NCBI RefSeq assembly: GCF_004010195.1
Contig: NC_057718.1
Location: forward strand, 15,039,992-15,103,991
Source of the DNA: Chiloscyllium plagiosum
Taxonomy: Eukaryota
DNA length: 64,000 nt
Direction: 5' to 3'
In this document: piece after piece, positions 12,665 to 24,904 of the stretch
Position numbering within the stretch: the first letter of the stretch is position 1
Layout: each line of letters opens with the position of its first letter
The notes under the pieces: model-generated
Seen by the model: the letters and a program-made list of their open reading frames with translations, nothing else
The model's database searches: none
Told to the model about the DNA's origin: nothing
Program-made: the position numbers and the translations under genes

Positions 12665-12720
12665 TGAGGTTTGAGAAGATTTGTAGCTCAGGTTGAGGTT
12701 TTGGATGTAGGTGTGCTCGG
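12665..12720 (-). mobile_element. PLE family E terminal fragment
   Basis: Near-identical to 55003-55056 (gagaagatttgtagctcaggttgagg..tggatgtagg). Confidence 0.75.
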
Positions 12721-13728
12721 GGAGTGTGCTCTTCAGAGGACCGGCGTGGGGCAAACGGCCTGCTTCCACACTTGAGGGATTCTATGAAAATTCTATGAAA
12801 TCAAAATACCTTTAATGTAACCAAAGGCCTAAATTTGCACTTTAGCAAAGTACAACCCAAGTCAGGTGTGAGACACCAGGTCACATGCAGAGATATCCAG
12901 TCAGATGCCAAAGTTTGGTCAAAGAGGGAGGATAGCTCAATAGTAACAGTAAATACTGGATATGTGCGAGAGGCTAGAATTCTATGCATGCAGATATCTC
13001 AGAGGATTGTGATAATGGTGGAGATCAGAGAGAGAGGGAAGGGATGAGGCCATGGAAGGATGTAAAAACAAGCATGACTTGACAATCAAGGAGTTACTTG
13101 ACTGGGAGCTTATGCAGATCAGTGAGCACAGAGGCAATTGGATAACAGGAACTGGTACAAGTTATGGGCAGCAAAGCTTTGGACAATCTCAAGTTTATGG
13201 AGTTCATGTATATAAACTTGCTCTAAGCCAAGTCAGAATTGTGTGTCTCAAAAGGGACCCTAAAGGGAATGGCGTTCACATGACGACTCAGGGTTAGTGG
13301 GATGCAAGGTATGTGACATTCAGTATTTCTGGCCTCTATTAAGAAAAAGGTATGAATGTTCCTAGGGTTTTAATTGGAATTTTTTTGCATTGGGAGCATT
13401 ACAAGTAGACAGTACAAACATTGAAGGTAATTACCTTGTTCTCAATTCGAAGGATTAGGAACTGATTTTTTTTCACTTGGGGGAGAAGAACCCATAGCTT
13501 GAACAGCTTTTAGATTCAGCTCATTGAGGTCAGAGTTAGATACATGAAACAGTTCCGCCTCGAGAAAGGAGTTAGTTCAGAAGAGTTAAGAAGTAGGGTG
13601 TAAGGGGTTAGTTTGAAAGTTCCAGAACAGAAGTGATTAGAATATAATCTAGAATGTAATATAATCTAATCTAATCTAATCTAATTATGAAAGGGTCATT
13701 CAAAGCTGAGAAGGTACAACCTAAGTTG

Positions 13729-13850
13729 AAGGGCTTTTGCCCGAAATGTCGATTTTCTTGCACCTCAGATGCAGCCTGATCTGCTGTGCTTTTCCAGCAC
13801 CACTCTAATCTTGACTCTGATCTCCAGCATCTGCAGTCCTCACTTTCACC
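13729..13850 (+). mobile_element. PLE family B solo terminal repeat with 14-bp TSD (1 mismatch)
   Basis: tacaacctaagttg at 13715-13728 and tacaacccaagttg at 13851-13864. Body aagggcttttgcccgaaatgtcg...ctgcagtcctcacttt. Confidence 0.85.
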
Positions 13851-14448
13851 TACAACCCAAGTTGTGTTAATGCTAAGGAAGAGACTGTCAAACTCTCAAG
13901 GCCAGGCACTGAAAGCAATAGTTAAGTCAAACCTATAAAGTGATAGGAAAGGGAATGTCTTCCAGTTTTTAATTACTGTGAAGGGATGCTGTTAGTGGAA
14001 GTAAAATATTGCATTTTACCATGTGGTTTTGAAATCTTCAAAATTGGGTTATATGTAAATAGCTTGTTCCATATTATCTTGATTCCTCTTACACAATAAG
14101 CTTGTTTTGCAGATCTGCAGCATTATATGCTTGTGTTTTTGTGAAAGACCACCTCACTAAATCAAAAAAGAAGATTTATCAAGCAAGATTTAGGCCCTGG
14201 ATCAGTAATAATATCAGCAGGGATCTTAACAAATGAGGGTGAATACAAGCTGCGAAGTTTTCTAAGTACAGTATGTCTTCAGTTGAAAGTAGTGTTGTCA
14301 ATAACAGATTTCTGCCATCATTTGTGTGGAGTCGACTTATGAAAATGACTAGAAACCTCATTTTAAGAGATTAACAAGGATGAGCCAGTCGAGACAATCA
14401 ACAGTCAGTTGACTGGCTCAGCATCCAAGAGAATGAACTAGATTCCTT

Positions 14449-14769
14449 TCACAGTGGCTCTGTGGTTAGCACTGCTGCCTCACAGCGCCAGCGACCCGGG
14501 TTCAATTCCAGCCTCGGGTGACTGTCTGTGAGGAGTTTGCACATTCTTCCCGTGTCTGCGTGAGTTTCCTCCAGGTGCTCCGGTTTCCTCCTGCAATCCA
14601 AAGATGTGCAGGTTAGGTGAATTGGCCATTCTAAATTGCCCATAACGTTAGGTGCATTAGACAGAGGGAAATGGGTCTGGGTGGGTTATTCTTCGGAGGG
14701 TTAGTGTGGACTTGTTGGGCCGAAGGGACTGTTTCCACACTGTAAGGAATCTAATTTAATCTAATCTAA
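14449..14769 (+). mobile_element. HE1-type V-SINE
   Basis: A/B boxes, V-domain and (AATCT)n tail as at 5756-6081. Confidence 0.9.
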
Positions 14770-14829
14770 ACATGAAGATTAGAATAGATTCAGATTATCA
14801 AGAAAAACAAACAGACAATGTGTTTAAAC

Positions 14830-15412
14830 ATAAAAACCAAAGGACTGAGGTTACTAGAAATGTGCATCAAAAATAGAAATTGCTGGAGAATTCAGGAGGT
14901 CTGGCAGCATCTGCACGGTCATTGATCCTTCTTCAGAACTGATTGTGGCTAGGAAAAGGTTGGTATACTGTATATGAAGATGGGATGGGAGGCGGAGGGA
15001 GGAGTAAATGATAGGTGGAGATGGAACCCAGAGAGACAGAGAAAAACAATTGGACAGCTAAAGGGGTGGATTAAAGGTGATTCTGGTGGAATAATTGGCT
15101 GCTAATGGGGGCTATTAGAGGCTGACAATAGGTAGTGTGAATTAAGAGTCCATGTGATGACAAGGCCCAGGATATGGGGATAGGGGCTAAGGACATGGCC
15201 TCAGGCCCTAAAACTGTGGAACTCAATCGTAAACCCAGGAGGCTGAAAAGTTCCCAAGCAGAAAATGAGCTTCTGAATTTCCAGTTTGTGCTGAGCTTCA
15301 TTAGAGTGTTGCAGTAAGCCAGAGACAGAGATGCTGGCCGGGGCACAAGGTGGTATGCTGAAGTGACAGGCAACTGGAAATTCAAGGTCTTTTTTGTGTA
15401 CAGGCGATGCAT
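14830..15412 (-). mobile_element. PLE family D 3' fragment (GIY-YIG C-terminus plus terminal repeat)
   Basis: Reverse PVACHFS...SISVSGLLQHSNEAQHKLEIQKLIFCLGTFQPPGFTIEF. Terminal repeat matches 20299-20606. Confidence 0.8.
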
Positions 15413-16124
15413 TTTGAAGGCAACTCATGCAGCCATGTTCAGGAAACAGAGAAGTTAAACAGCAAGAAGGGTGCACAATACAATACAAAGGCAGTATTGC
15501 AGTCTGCTCTGTGACCACGGGTTTCTGATTACAATGTTCAACAAAGAAATCCATGCTTTTGAATGTGGAGGGTAGTAGGGGATATGGCACAGTGCGGGAA
15601 GGTGGGACTGAAACAGCCAGCCAATCAGCCACAACCTTGTTGAATGGTGAAGGAGGTCCAAGGGGGTAAATGGCAGGAACAGGCCTGAGGGGCCGAATAG
15701 CCAATTCCAGCTGCTATTTCCCATGTCTTTGATCCAGAACAAAAAAAAAATCCAGGTTAGATTGATGAAAAAGTTTTTGCAAAACAATACAAAAACATAA
15801 TTTACATACAACACAACAATGTGCTTAAAACATAAATCAGTTGTGGCCTTCCACTCTTCCCTAGTGATGAAACAAGTCCCTGTTTGGAATTCTGAAGGAA
15901 ATATAGTTAGACACATTTTAATTCACTTCCTCACAGACCTGAAGCTACAACACAAAGCATGGTTAAAATCTGCATGAATTAACATTAATTTCACAGGGTA
16001 CTTTGAGACAGCACAAAAATTAAATAACTACGAACAGCAGGGAGCAATCTGCATTTGGAAAGGATTGAACACACCGCAGCAGAGCAGCTCCGGATGTTCG
16101 GAAAGGAGATGGATTTGAGTAAAT

Positions 16125-16380
16125 ACAAAAATAAACTTGAAGAGAATGGGGTGAGGAGGAGGTAGAAAAACAGGAGGCGCAGGAAAGGCAGAGAAATAGG
16201 AGAAACAGAAGAGAGAAAGTGGAGTGGGGAAAGAGTAAGGGGGAACAGAGAATGGGAAAAAAGAGANNNNNNNNNNNNNNNNNNNNNNNNNNNNNNNNNN
16301 NNNNNNNNNNNNNNNNNNNNNNNNAGAGAGAGAGAGAGAGAAAAAGAGAGGAAGAAAAAGAGTGAGGGAGGGAGAGAGAA
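16125..16380. repeat. Purine-rich (GA)n low-complexity tract containing a 58-N gap (16267-16324)
   Basis: Directly visible. Confidence 0.9.
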
Positions 16381-16959
16381 CTTAAGGCCCTTTCACTGAT
16401 TGACTAATAAAATAAGGCAACAGCATGGAAGCAGGATGAACTAATCACTGATGATGCTGTCTTTAATTTTATAAAGTTGGGTCTAGAAAGATACATGAAC
16501 CCTCCAGCAATAGTTAATGGATTTTAATCAAGAGGAGAATTCCTGGCATTTTTCTATCGAGTTGTATAGCTTCCAGAGAAGTATCATGGAGAACAGTCAG
16601 CTCTGTAATTGGCTGTGAATACAGAGCCTTCCTGATCACAGAGATCAATTAACGTACCAGACAATAGGATCATTACAATGCTAGGCCACTGAGGGAACAC
16701 ATCATAGATGACAGCTTTAAAAACAACATGGATCCGAGTTAGAATCTCATTAAATCAAAACTCTCCCACGAGTTTGTTGGCAAGTGACAGCAGCTGAGAT
16801 ATCCCATCTTGTAATGCACCAAAACCATATTTAAACAAGGTGAGCATACAATAGCTGAGGGGAAAGTAGTTCAAGCCACACCATCGCCAAGCAAGGCTTT
16901 GCTACCAATACAAATAATGCAATAAAGCTTATACACATCATGTAAACACTGGACAACAT

Positions 16960-17490
16960 CTTGATACGAGTCTATTTTTAACTACTGCATACAATTCTGG
17001 TCACCAGGAAGGATGTTGTCACGCTTGAGACAATGAAGAAAAGATTTACAATGATGTTGCTGGGACTGGAGGGTTTAAGCTAGAGGGAGAGGCTGGAGCT
17101 TTTTCCCCTGAAGTGTCAGAGATTTGGGGGGGGGGGACCTAATTGAGGATTATAAAATCATGAGGAGCATGGATAGGGTGAATAGTCAAGGACTGTTTCC
17201 TCTGGTGGGGGAGTCCAAAACTAGAGGACATAGATTTAAGGTGAGAGGGTAAAGATTTAAAAGGAACCAAGGGGTAACATTTTTATGTAAAGGGTGATTT
17301 GTGTATGGCAGCCAAAGGAAGTGATGGAGACTGCTACAATTACAATATTTAATCGGGATGGGTGGATGAGTAAAGAAGGATTTAGAGGGATATAGGCCAA
17401 ATGCTGGCAAATGTGATGAGGTCAGATTGGGATGTCCAGTCAACATAGAGGATTTGGACTGAAGGATCTGTTTCCATACTCTATGACTCT
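16960..17490 (+). mobile_element. CR1/HER1 LINE 3' fragment
   Basis: caattctggtcacc..., ggagtccaaaactagaggacatagatttaaggtgagagg, tail ctctatgactct. Confidence 0.85.
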
Positions 17491-18139
17491 AATATAATTT
17501 GGAATAGTTCTTCTGAGAGATCCATCAACTGGAATACATGTAGATAAACAGCAGCTTTATAAAACTGTCCATCACGATTGATGTTCTTGGTTCAATTAAA
17601 ACTTTTCTTGACGTGTAGCAAGTCACAAATGGATAGTTACGTGTTCATTGACAGCAAGACCCTGAACTTGCAGAAAGACAATGAAAATGTCCAATACTAA
17701 TACATACAGAGTTGGCTTGCATACTATTAATTGAAACCTCAACCTCCTGACAACAAGAGATGCCAGTGGCAATTACACGCTGAGGTCCCTTCATATCTTT
17801 TATGTATACAACCAGAATATTCCATAAATTCCGCCAAACTATTAATCAAATGTGATCAGGGAAAGTGGCAATGGGTAAGGCGTCATTACCAAGATGAAAT
17901 GTTGAATATTTTTGTTACTTGCCTTAGGACTGACACTGTGACTAGACATTTTTTTCCTATCTTGTCAGCATTACATAAAAAATTGAAGAGTCATCAAACT
18001 AGTATAAGTATATGGAATGTCGTGATTTCTATTAAGCCAAATCAATCACAGAATTAATGCTAAAAGCGACTGTTCTGTCCATCCTATCTATGTCAATTCT
18101 CTGTAAGCTACTTAGCCAGTCCCCCAATGACAGTCTAAA

Positions 18140-19290
18140 AAGAGGTTGAGGAGTAAGTGCAGGTCTTTAGTTAACATCTGCAGACTTGCTGCAACAGGAG
18201 TATTGTGCCCAGTTCAGGACACCAGACTTCAAGAAGGATGTAAAAGCTTTGGAGAGAGGGCAGAAGAGATTTGTAAGAATGATACCAGGGAATTTCAGAG
18301 AGACTGGAGAAGATGGGCTGTTCCTGTTGGAGACTAGAAGGCCAACAGGAGATCTGACAGAGGTATTCAAAACCGTGAGGGGTCTATTTAGAATCAGGAG
18401 AAACTGTTCCCCCTTGTGAAAGAATGAAGAACAAACAGGTGCAAATTTTAAGTAATTGGTAAATGATGCAAACTTGTGGAGAAAAAAAATCCATGCAGCA
18501 AACGGCTAAGTATGGAATGCACTGTCTGAGAGTGTGGTGGAGGCGGGCTCAATTAAGGACTTCAAAAGGGACTTAAATGGTTCAAGGCTTGTGTATAGAT
18601 ATGTACCTTGGGTGCTGGTTGTCTAGTAATTCTCTGGCTGTCCTCTGTTTAGCTTATCCTGTGATCATTGTGCTGTCCCAGTCGAATTTGTGGTCCCTGT
18701 CATCTGTGTGTATGGCTATTAGGGACAGCTGGTCGTGGCGTTAAGTGTCTAGTTGGTGTTCATGGATGCGGATTGTTAGTTGTCTGCGTGCTTGCCCTAT
18801 ATAGTGTTTCATGCAGTCTTTGCAAGGAATTCTGTAAACTACATTAGTCTTGCACATGATGGGTATTTGGTCTTTTGTCCTGATAAGTTGTTGTCTGAGT
18901 ATGCCAGAGAATTCCTGGAATCATGGCACTCATCCACAGGCCCTATCAACAAGCACATTGGCCTGGACCCGATATACTGGTCACTACAACAAAGTACCGG
19001 AACCAGCAACTGGAAGCAGCAGAAACGGAACCAAATAAGCTCCAGAAGGCAGAGTACAGCAGCACTTGACAGGAGGTTCCAAAGCACTGAAGATGTCACC
19101 CAAACAGGAGACGAAACATCTGCAAATCAACTTCCCAGCTCAGCGGACATACGCACAACCACAAAATTAGATGGTTATTTGGTCAGTAACAATGTGGATT
19201 ACAGGAAGAATGACATAAGCTGAGATGCTCATTTGGAAAGCTGGCACAGAATGGACAAAATGGCTTCCTTCAGTACTCTAACAATTCTTT
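18140..19290 (+). mobile_element. Older CR1 LINE 3' fragment, split by a PLE insertion at ~18585-19165
   Basis: EYCAQFRTPDFKKDVKALERGQKRF...GDLTEVFK. Continuation after 19165 resumes at ttagatggtt (cf. ttaaatggtt at 18573-18582). Confidence 0.75.
18585..19165. mobile_element. Poseidon-type PLE (family A-related) with internal inversion (- 18585-18900; + 18901-19165)
   Basis: + strand AREFLESWHSSTGPINKHIGLDPIY, then terminal repeat with hammerhead remnant gcaCTGAAGAtgtcacc..ggagacGAAACATCtgc. The - strand part is the GIY-YIG region (IPCKDCMKHYIGQ). Confidence 0.8.
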
Positions 19291-19615
19291 TCTTTCTTTT
19301 AAACGTACATGGGATGTGGGCATTGCTGGTCAGGCCAGCATTTATTGCCCATCCTCAGTTGAAGAGTCAATCACATTGCTAAGGGTCTGGAGTCACATCG
19401 GCCAGAGCAGGTAAGGATGGCTGGGCATTAGTGAACCTGACTGGTTTTTATGACAATCGACAGTAATTTCATGGTCATCATGAGACCAGCCTGTCTATTA
19501 AATTAGAGATTTTTATTGTTATCTGCCACGGTGCGATTCAGACCCATTGTCTGTAAAACATTACCTTGCAGCTCTGCTTACTAGTCCAGTGACAAAAACA
19601 TTAAGCCACTACCTC
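19290..19615 (-). mobile_element. tRNA-derived SINE (third family) whose 3' tail is shared with the non-HER1 LINE
   Basis: Reverse complement of the family copy at 58225-58565. Confidence 0.7.
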
Positions 19616-19969
19616 CACATATTTTGAGATTTCACACAGTTTATAACAAAGGGATGAAATTTGTGGCAAGGGATGAAATTACTGTAATCCTGCCTTCCTG
19701 TACAATGCACTTTCACTTCCCATGCCTGCTATCCTGCACTCTATCTGACCTGTGACTGACAATTCAGTGTCATGTAATGGCCTGTTAGTTGCAGCTTGTA
19801 GGCTCATGCCTTCTAAGAACTACAGCTGGACTGTCCAAATGCACAATTCATAACAGAAAAAAGAGCTCTTGATAGTTTTCATTGGCTGTGTGGCTCTAAA
19901 AGCAGCACATGAGTATCTGGATCACTCATCACATGCTTCCTGCAATTGAAACCCAAGTTTTCTGGTAAA

Positions 19970-20278
19970 GGAACTTTCCTGACGACTCGGTGTCTCAAAA
20001 TGCTTTAGAGCAATTGAAGTCATGCAGTTACTGCAGGGACTGAGCGGCAGCCAATTCCCACAAACAGGAAAGCAATAATGACCAGATTTCTGTTTTTGTT
20101 GATTGAGGGATAAATATTGATGGGACACTGGGGTTAACTGCCCTGGTCATCGTCGAAAGACCGCCATGGGATATTTTTACACACGGCAAAGACAGCAAAC
20201 GGGGCCTTGGTTTTAACATCTCATATAAAAGGCAACACTTCCAGCACTGCAGCACTCTTTCAGGACCTCACTGAAGCA
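19970..20278 (-). mobile_element. DeuSINE-like SINE (SacSINE1/AmnSINE1-like)
   Basis: Reverse contains gagtgctgcagtgctggaagtgttgcc...gatgttaaaaccaaggccccgt...atcccatggc...ccagtgtccc..aatatttatccctcaatcaac (Deu domain). Confidence 0.75.
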
Positions 20279-20298
20279 ACAGTCTTGTTTCTCTTCTT

Positions 20299-21055
20299 AA
20301 AAAACTGAAATTACTGCGGATGTTGGAAATCAGAAACAAAAACAGAAATTGCTGGAAAAGCTCAGCAGATCTGGCAGCATCTAGAGAGAGAAGTCAGAGT
20401 TAACATTTCAGGTCCAGGGACCCTTCCTGAGAACTGATTGTAACTCAGAAAAGGCTGGATTTTATAGAGAAGATGGGGCGGAGGAGGGCAGGGGGCGGGG
20501 AGAGAGTACACAATAGGTGGAGATAGAGCCCAAAGAGAGAGAAGAACAGTTGGACAGACAAAGGAGTGGATAATGATCAGTCTGAGAGGATGATTAGCTA
20601 TTAATGGCGCAAACTGGAAGAACAGCAGCTCATTTTCCACTTGGGAATTCTACAGCCTTCTGGACTTAATATCGAGTTCAACAACTTTCGGACTGGAGCT
20701 CTCCCATCTTCTGACCCCTTAACCCCCACACATTAGGCATTGTCATCACTTTGTCTGCTATTACACACAACCCACTGTTAGCTACTAACAGTTTCTATTA
20801 ATAGCTATGCATTCTCCCAGCTTGATCATTATCCACTCCTTTGTCTGTCCAATAGTTCTTCTCTCTCTTTGGGCTCTATCCCCATCGATCACTTATATCA
20901 TTTAGACCTCACTCCCTTCCCCCACACCAGCTTCCACATATCAACATTTTCCTAGCTACTATGAGGAAGGGTCACTGGACCCAAAATGGTAACTCTGATT
21001 TCTCTGCACAGATGCTGCCAGACCTGCTGAGCTTTTCCAACAACTTCTGTTTTTG
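20299..21055. mobile_element. PLE family D inverted-repeat element (arms ~20337-20606 and ~20797-21055; spacer is the GIY-YIG C-terminus)
   Basis: Arms are reverse complements. Spacer reads RKLEEQQLIFHLGILQPSGLNIEFNNFR. Confidence 0.85.
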
Positions 21056-21689
21056 AGTCTAGCTCTTTATTTTTTGGTGGGAACTAAAATGCGACGCGCA
21101 GCAAACCTCACCCTGAAGCTGTGAATTTGGTGTATGAAAGTTACTTCAGACAACCTGGGAGACATACTTCTGGAAAGCCCACGCCTCACCTCAAGTTGTA
21201 GCTATTGTACATGTACAGCACGCACCTGCACTATTCCCCTTGTCAGAAACTGAGACTATCCCACCTCTGGGAACAGGTCCAATTCTTTGCACATTAGTTC
21301 TCAAGTTTAATTACACAGGAACTCTGATTGTTTAGTGCTCAGGATTTAATGCTTAGACAGGTGCAGCCATCAGCAAATCATGAGAAACAACACAAGCCAG
21401 TGACAAATAGTGATTGATGGATTACAACGTTTATGCAATACATTATGCATTTTCACATCAGACCACAAAGTAAAGATGTTTTAATGCCCAATAAACGTCA
21501 TTACACTTAATTTAAGATGTCACATGAATCTCCCTCACACAGTGAGTTCCTCACAACTGGGTGGCTTATCAGGTGGATAGGCATTAACATTTCCTTTTTA
21601 AAATAACATAAGTTATGTCATACAATTTGTACCAAGATATTCAATGCTGTGTGTGGCTCATCTGTCATGTTAAGCAAAACAAAAATAAC

Positions 21690-21960
21690 AGGAAAATAGG
21701 AACTGTTGGACAAACTCAACAGATCTGGTAGTGTTTGTAGAGAGAAGACAGAGTTAACGATTTGAGTTCAGTGACCCTTCCTCTGAACGCCATGAGATCT
21801 TTAACAGCCACCATCTTCTTTATGTCTTCTCAAAAAGGGTCACTGGACTTGTAACCTTAACTCTGCTTTCTCTCCACAGAGGTTACCAGACTTGCTGTGT
21901 TTCTCCACTAGTTTCTGGTTTTGTTTCAGATTTTCAGCATCCACAGTTGCTTATTTTATT
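21690..21960. mobile_element. PLE family D short inverted-repeat mini-element (degraded)
   Basis: gagttaacgatttgagttcagtgacccttc ... aagggtcactggacttgtaaccttaactctg arms in opposite orientation. Confidence 0.7.
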
Positions 21961-21979
21961 ACACAAGAATAACTGAGGA

Positions 21980-22563
21980 TCAAAGTTTGTGCGAAGATTT
22001 GTAGCTCGGGTGCTCGTTGTTGTGGTTCTGTTCGCCGAGCTGGAAGTTTTTGTTACAAACGTTTCATCCCCTGTCTAGGTGACATCCTCAGTGCTTGGGA
22101 GCCTCCTGTGAAGCGCTTCTGTGGTGTTTCCTCCGGCATTTATAGTGGCCTGTCCCTGCCGCTTCCGGTTGTCAGTTTCAGCTGTCCGCTGTAGTGGCCG
22201 GTATATTGGGTCCAGGTCGATGTGTTTTTTGATGGAGTTTGTGGATGAGTGCCATGCTACTAGGAATTCCCTGGCTGTTCTTTGTTTGGCTTGCCCTATA
22301 ATGGTAGCGTTGTCCCAGTCGAATTCATGTTGCTTGTCGTCTGCGTGTGTGGCTACTAAGGATAGCTGGTCGTGGCGTTTCGTGGCTAGTTGATGTTCAT
22401 GGATGTGGATCGTTAGCTGTCTTCCTGTTTGTCCTATATAGTGTTTTGTGCAGTTCTTGCATGGGATTTTGTACACTATCCCATGCAAGGACTGCACAAA
22501 ACACCATATAGGACAAACAGGAAGACAGCTAACGATTCGCATCCACGAACATCAACTAGCCAC
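21980..22563 (-). mobile_element. Poseidon-type PLE (family A) 3' end with terminal fold-back
   Basis: Reverse VYKIPCKNCTKHYIGQTGRQLTIHIHEH...AREFL..WHS...HIDLDPIYRPL (GIY-YIG). Terminal repeat has a hammerhead at 22055-22094. 22468-22563 is an inverted copy of 22382-22457. Confidence 0.92.
22055..22094 (-). ncRNA. Minimal type I hammerhead ribozyme motif (PLE family A)
   Basis: Reverse: gca-CTGAGGA-T-GTCACCT-agac-AGGGGAT-GAAAC-GTT-tgt. Confidence 0.65.
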
Positions 22564-22759
22564 AGGGACACAGATCCAGCCCCACTCCCAGTTCTGCACA
22601 CTGTCAATATTCCCCGTCACCAGAGTAACCCAAAAACAGACACTCAATAGCTGGTGTCATTATCACAAAGACTTTTACCAATGTTTTTTTCGGGGAGGGT
22701 AAGCAGAATTGAAGTTCAGCCCATCATCTTCAGGAATGGGAGAGCAAATGCAGGGGTCA

Positions 22760-23335
22760 CATAGCACAGTTGACAGCATTCATGTCCCTTAATTACAAGG
22801 TTCAGGGTTCAAGTGCCACTCCACAGCTTGAGTACAAAGACCCAGATTAACACCCTGGGGCAGTACAGAGGCAGTGTTGCACTGTGGTAGGTGCCACCTT
22901 GCAGACAGGATATTAACCTGAGTCCCCATCAGCCTGCTCACCCCAAAAACAGATTATATGCTTATTATCGCATAGTTGTTTATGGGAGCTTGCTGTATAC
23001 AAATCTGTTGCTGCATCTCCAACATTACAAGAGTGACTACAGTTCTAAAGGTGTAGGGGTCAATTGGCTTGATTGCTAGTTTGTGACGCAGAGTGATGTC
23101 CATAAACATGGGTTCAATTCCCACACCAGCTGAGGTTACCACGAAGATCCCACCTTCTCAACCTCAGTCCTAGCCTGAGGTGTGGTGACCTTTTGGCTAA
23201 ACCACCACCAGTTGTCCCTCTCTAATGAGGCAAAGCCCTATGGTTCTCTTGAAGTGTAAAAGTCTCCATACTCCTAAAGTGCTTAAATGGTTGTAAAGTT
23301 ATATAAAATGGTCAAGAAAAGCACAAGTCTTTCTT
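22760..23335 (+). mobile_element. DeuSINE-like SINE, interrupted at ~23050-23250 by another tRNA-like SINE head
   Basis: ggttcaagtgccactccacagcttgagtac...gcactgtggtaggtgccacc...gggagcttgctgtatacaaat...acattacaagagtgactaca. The inserted part has ggttcaattccc (B box). Confidence 0.65.
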
Positions 23336-23649
23336 TTCATGTTCTTAACCTGGATGGTGGTTATTATGCTCATTGATTTCCTTATTCAATTCTCCTCAAA
23401 ATATTGTTTCCACTGGGCATTCAAACTTCCTAAAGCTTCAGTTCTGCTGTTGCTCCTAGCCAAACATTGTTGTCAATCTCTCAGATCTCCATCCACACCA
23501 TCATTGCTGACCAGTGATAAATGTGTCCATTTTAAATTCTCATGTTTAAACTTAAACTCCTTTCATGGTTTCACAATTTACTACAGCAGTTACCCCTTCT
23601 GGCACTAAAACAGCCGTGCTGCATTTTTACGTTGTCTTTAACACAAGGA

Positions 23650-23845
23650 AAAAAATCTGCGCCCACACCTCCGCCCTCAGCTCCGTCCAAGGCCCCAAAG
23701 GATCCTTCCACATTTGACACAGATTTACCTATACTTCCACACACGTCATCTACTGTATCCATTGCTCTCGAAGTGGTCTCCTCTACACTGGGGAGACAAG
23801 ACACCAACTTGCGGAATGTTTCAAAGAACATCTGTGGGACACATA
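23650..23845 (+). mobile_element. PLE family B GIY-YIG fragment
   Basis: Colinear with 60455-60640 (QGPKGSFHI..RFTYTSTHVIYCIHC..GLLYTG). Confidence 0.8.
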
Positions 23846-23850
23846 AACTA

Positions 23851-23985
23851 GGAGGAGAAAGTGAGGTCTGCAGATGCTGGAGATCAAAGTTGAAACTTTA
23901 TTGCTGGAACAGCACAGCAGGTCAGGCAGCATCCAGGGAACAGGAGATTCGACGTTTCGGGCACAGGCCCTTCTTCAGGAATGAG
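23851..23985 (-). mobile_element. PLE family B terminal repeat with complete tail
   Basis: ggagaaagtgaggtctgcagatgctggagatca...gacgtttcgggcacaggcccttcttcaggaatgag. Confidence 0.88.
23947..23982 (-). ncRNA. Minimal type I hammerhead ribozyme, best-preserved family B copy
   Basis: Reverse: ATTC-CTGAAGA-A-GGGC-ctgt-GCCC-GAAAC-GTC-GAAT. 4-bp stem I, 4-bp stem II, palindromic ACGT stem III, GUC cleavage triplet. Confidence 0.8.
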
Positions 23986-24009
23986 CAGAGAGTGTTCAGC
24001 AGGAGAAGA

Positions 24010-24450
24010 TGGAAAATGAAGTGTTGTTCTTTGAACTTGCGTTAAGGAACACTGCAACAGATCTGGGACAGAAATGTTGGTGTAGGAACACAGTGGTGTG
24101 TTGAAGTGGAGGCAGTGGGAAACTCTGGGTCATGTTTTACAGACAGAGTGTAGGTGTTCAGCAAAGCGGTCATCAAATCTGTGTTTCATCTCCCCCGATA
24201 TACAGGAGACCACATTCTGAGCAGTGAATGAAATAAATGAGTTGAGAGAAGTGCAGGTAAGCTGCTGCTTCACCTGGAAGGTGTGCCTGAGGCCTTGGAT
24301 ACTGAGGTTGGAGGAAGTAAATCGGCAAGTAAGTCACCTTGTGCAAGACCAACCCCTTCCCACAAACGTCACTTCAATATATTACCACCTTTCCTGAGCT
24401 GTTAACAGTTCTGATGAAGAATCGCCAGACTCGAAATATTATCTTGCTTT
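24010..24450 (-). mobile_element. PLE family D GIY-YIG fragment with an inverted terminal-repeat remnant (~24340-24450, +)
   Basis: Reverse FQVKQQLTCTS...YIGE.KHRFDDRFAEHL-like; + strand agttctgatgaagaatcgccagactcgaaatatt. Confidence 0.7.
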
Positions 24451-24484
24451 CAAAGAACACAGAACATTACAGCACAGTCCAGGC

Positions 24485-24712
24485 TCTCTCCCCACCTCCA
24501 TCCACCTATCGCATTCCCAGCTACCTTCCCCCAGCCCCACCCCTGCCCATTTATCTCTCAGCCCCCTTGGGCCACCCCCTCATTCCTGATGAAGAGCTTA
24601 TGCTCAAAACATCGACACGCGTCCTCCACGAATGCTGCCTGGCTGGCTGTGCTTTTCCAGTATCACACTCTTTGACTCTGATCTCCAGCATCTGCAGTCC
24701 TCACTTTCTCCC
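24485..24712 (+). mobile_element. PLE family B terminal repeat (older subfamily)
   Basis: cattcctgatgaagagcttatgctcaaaacatcga...tctgatctccagcatctgcagtcctcactttctcc. Confidence 0.8.
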
Positions 24713-24904
24713 ATAAGGAAAAAAAATTCAAGTTACACCACAGGGACAGGAAGGGATAACAAAATGGATGCAAAGGAGTTTGGGAGGGTATATCCCAAAG
24801 AAGCAGGTTACTATTCATCCATCTCCCTCATCATACATCAGCAATTTGCAGGAAGACAAGCCCCATGATGTTTGTATTTTGATACAATTCCTTTTTGAAT
24901 CCAA

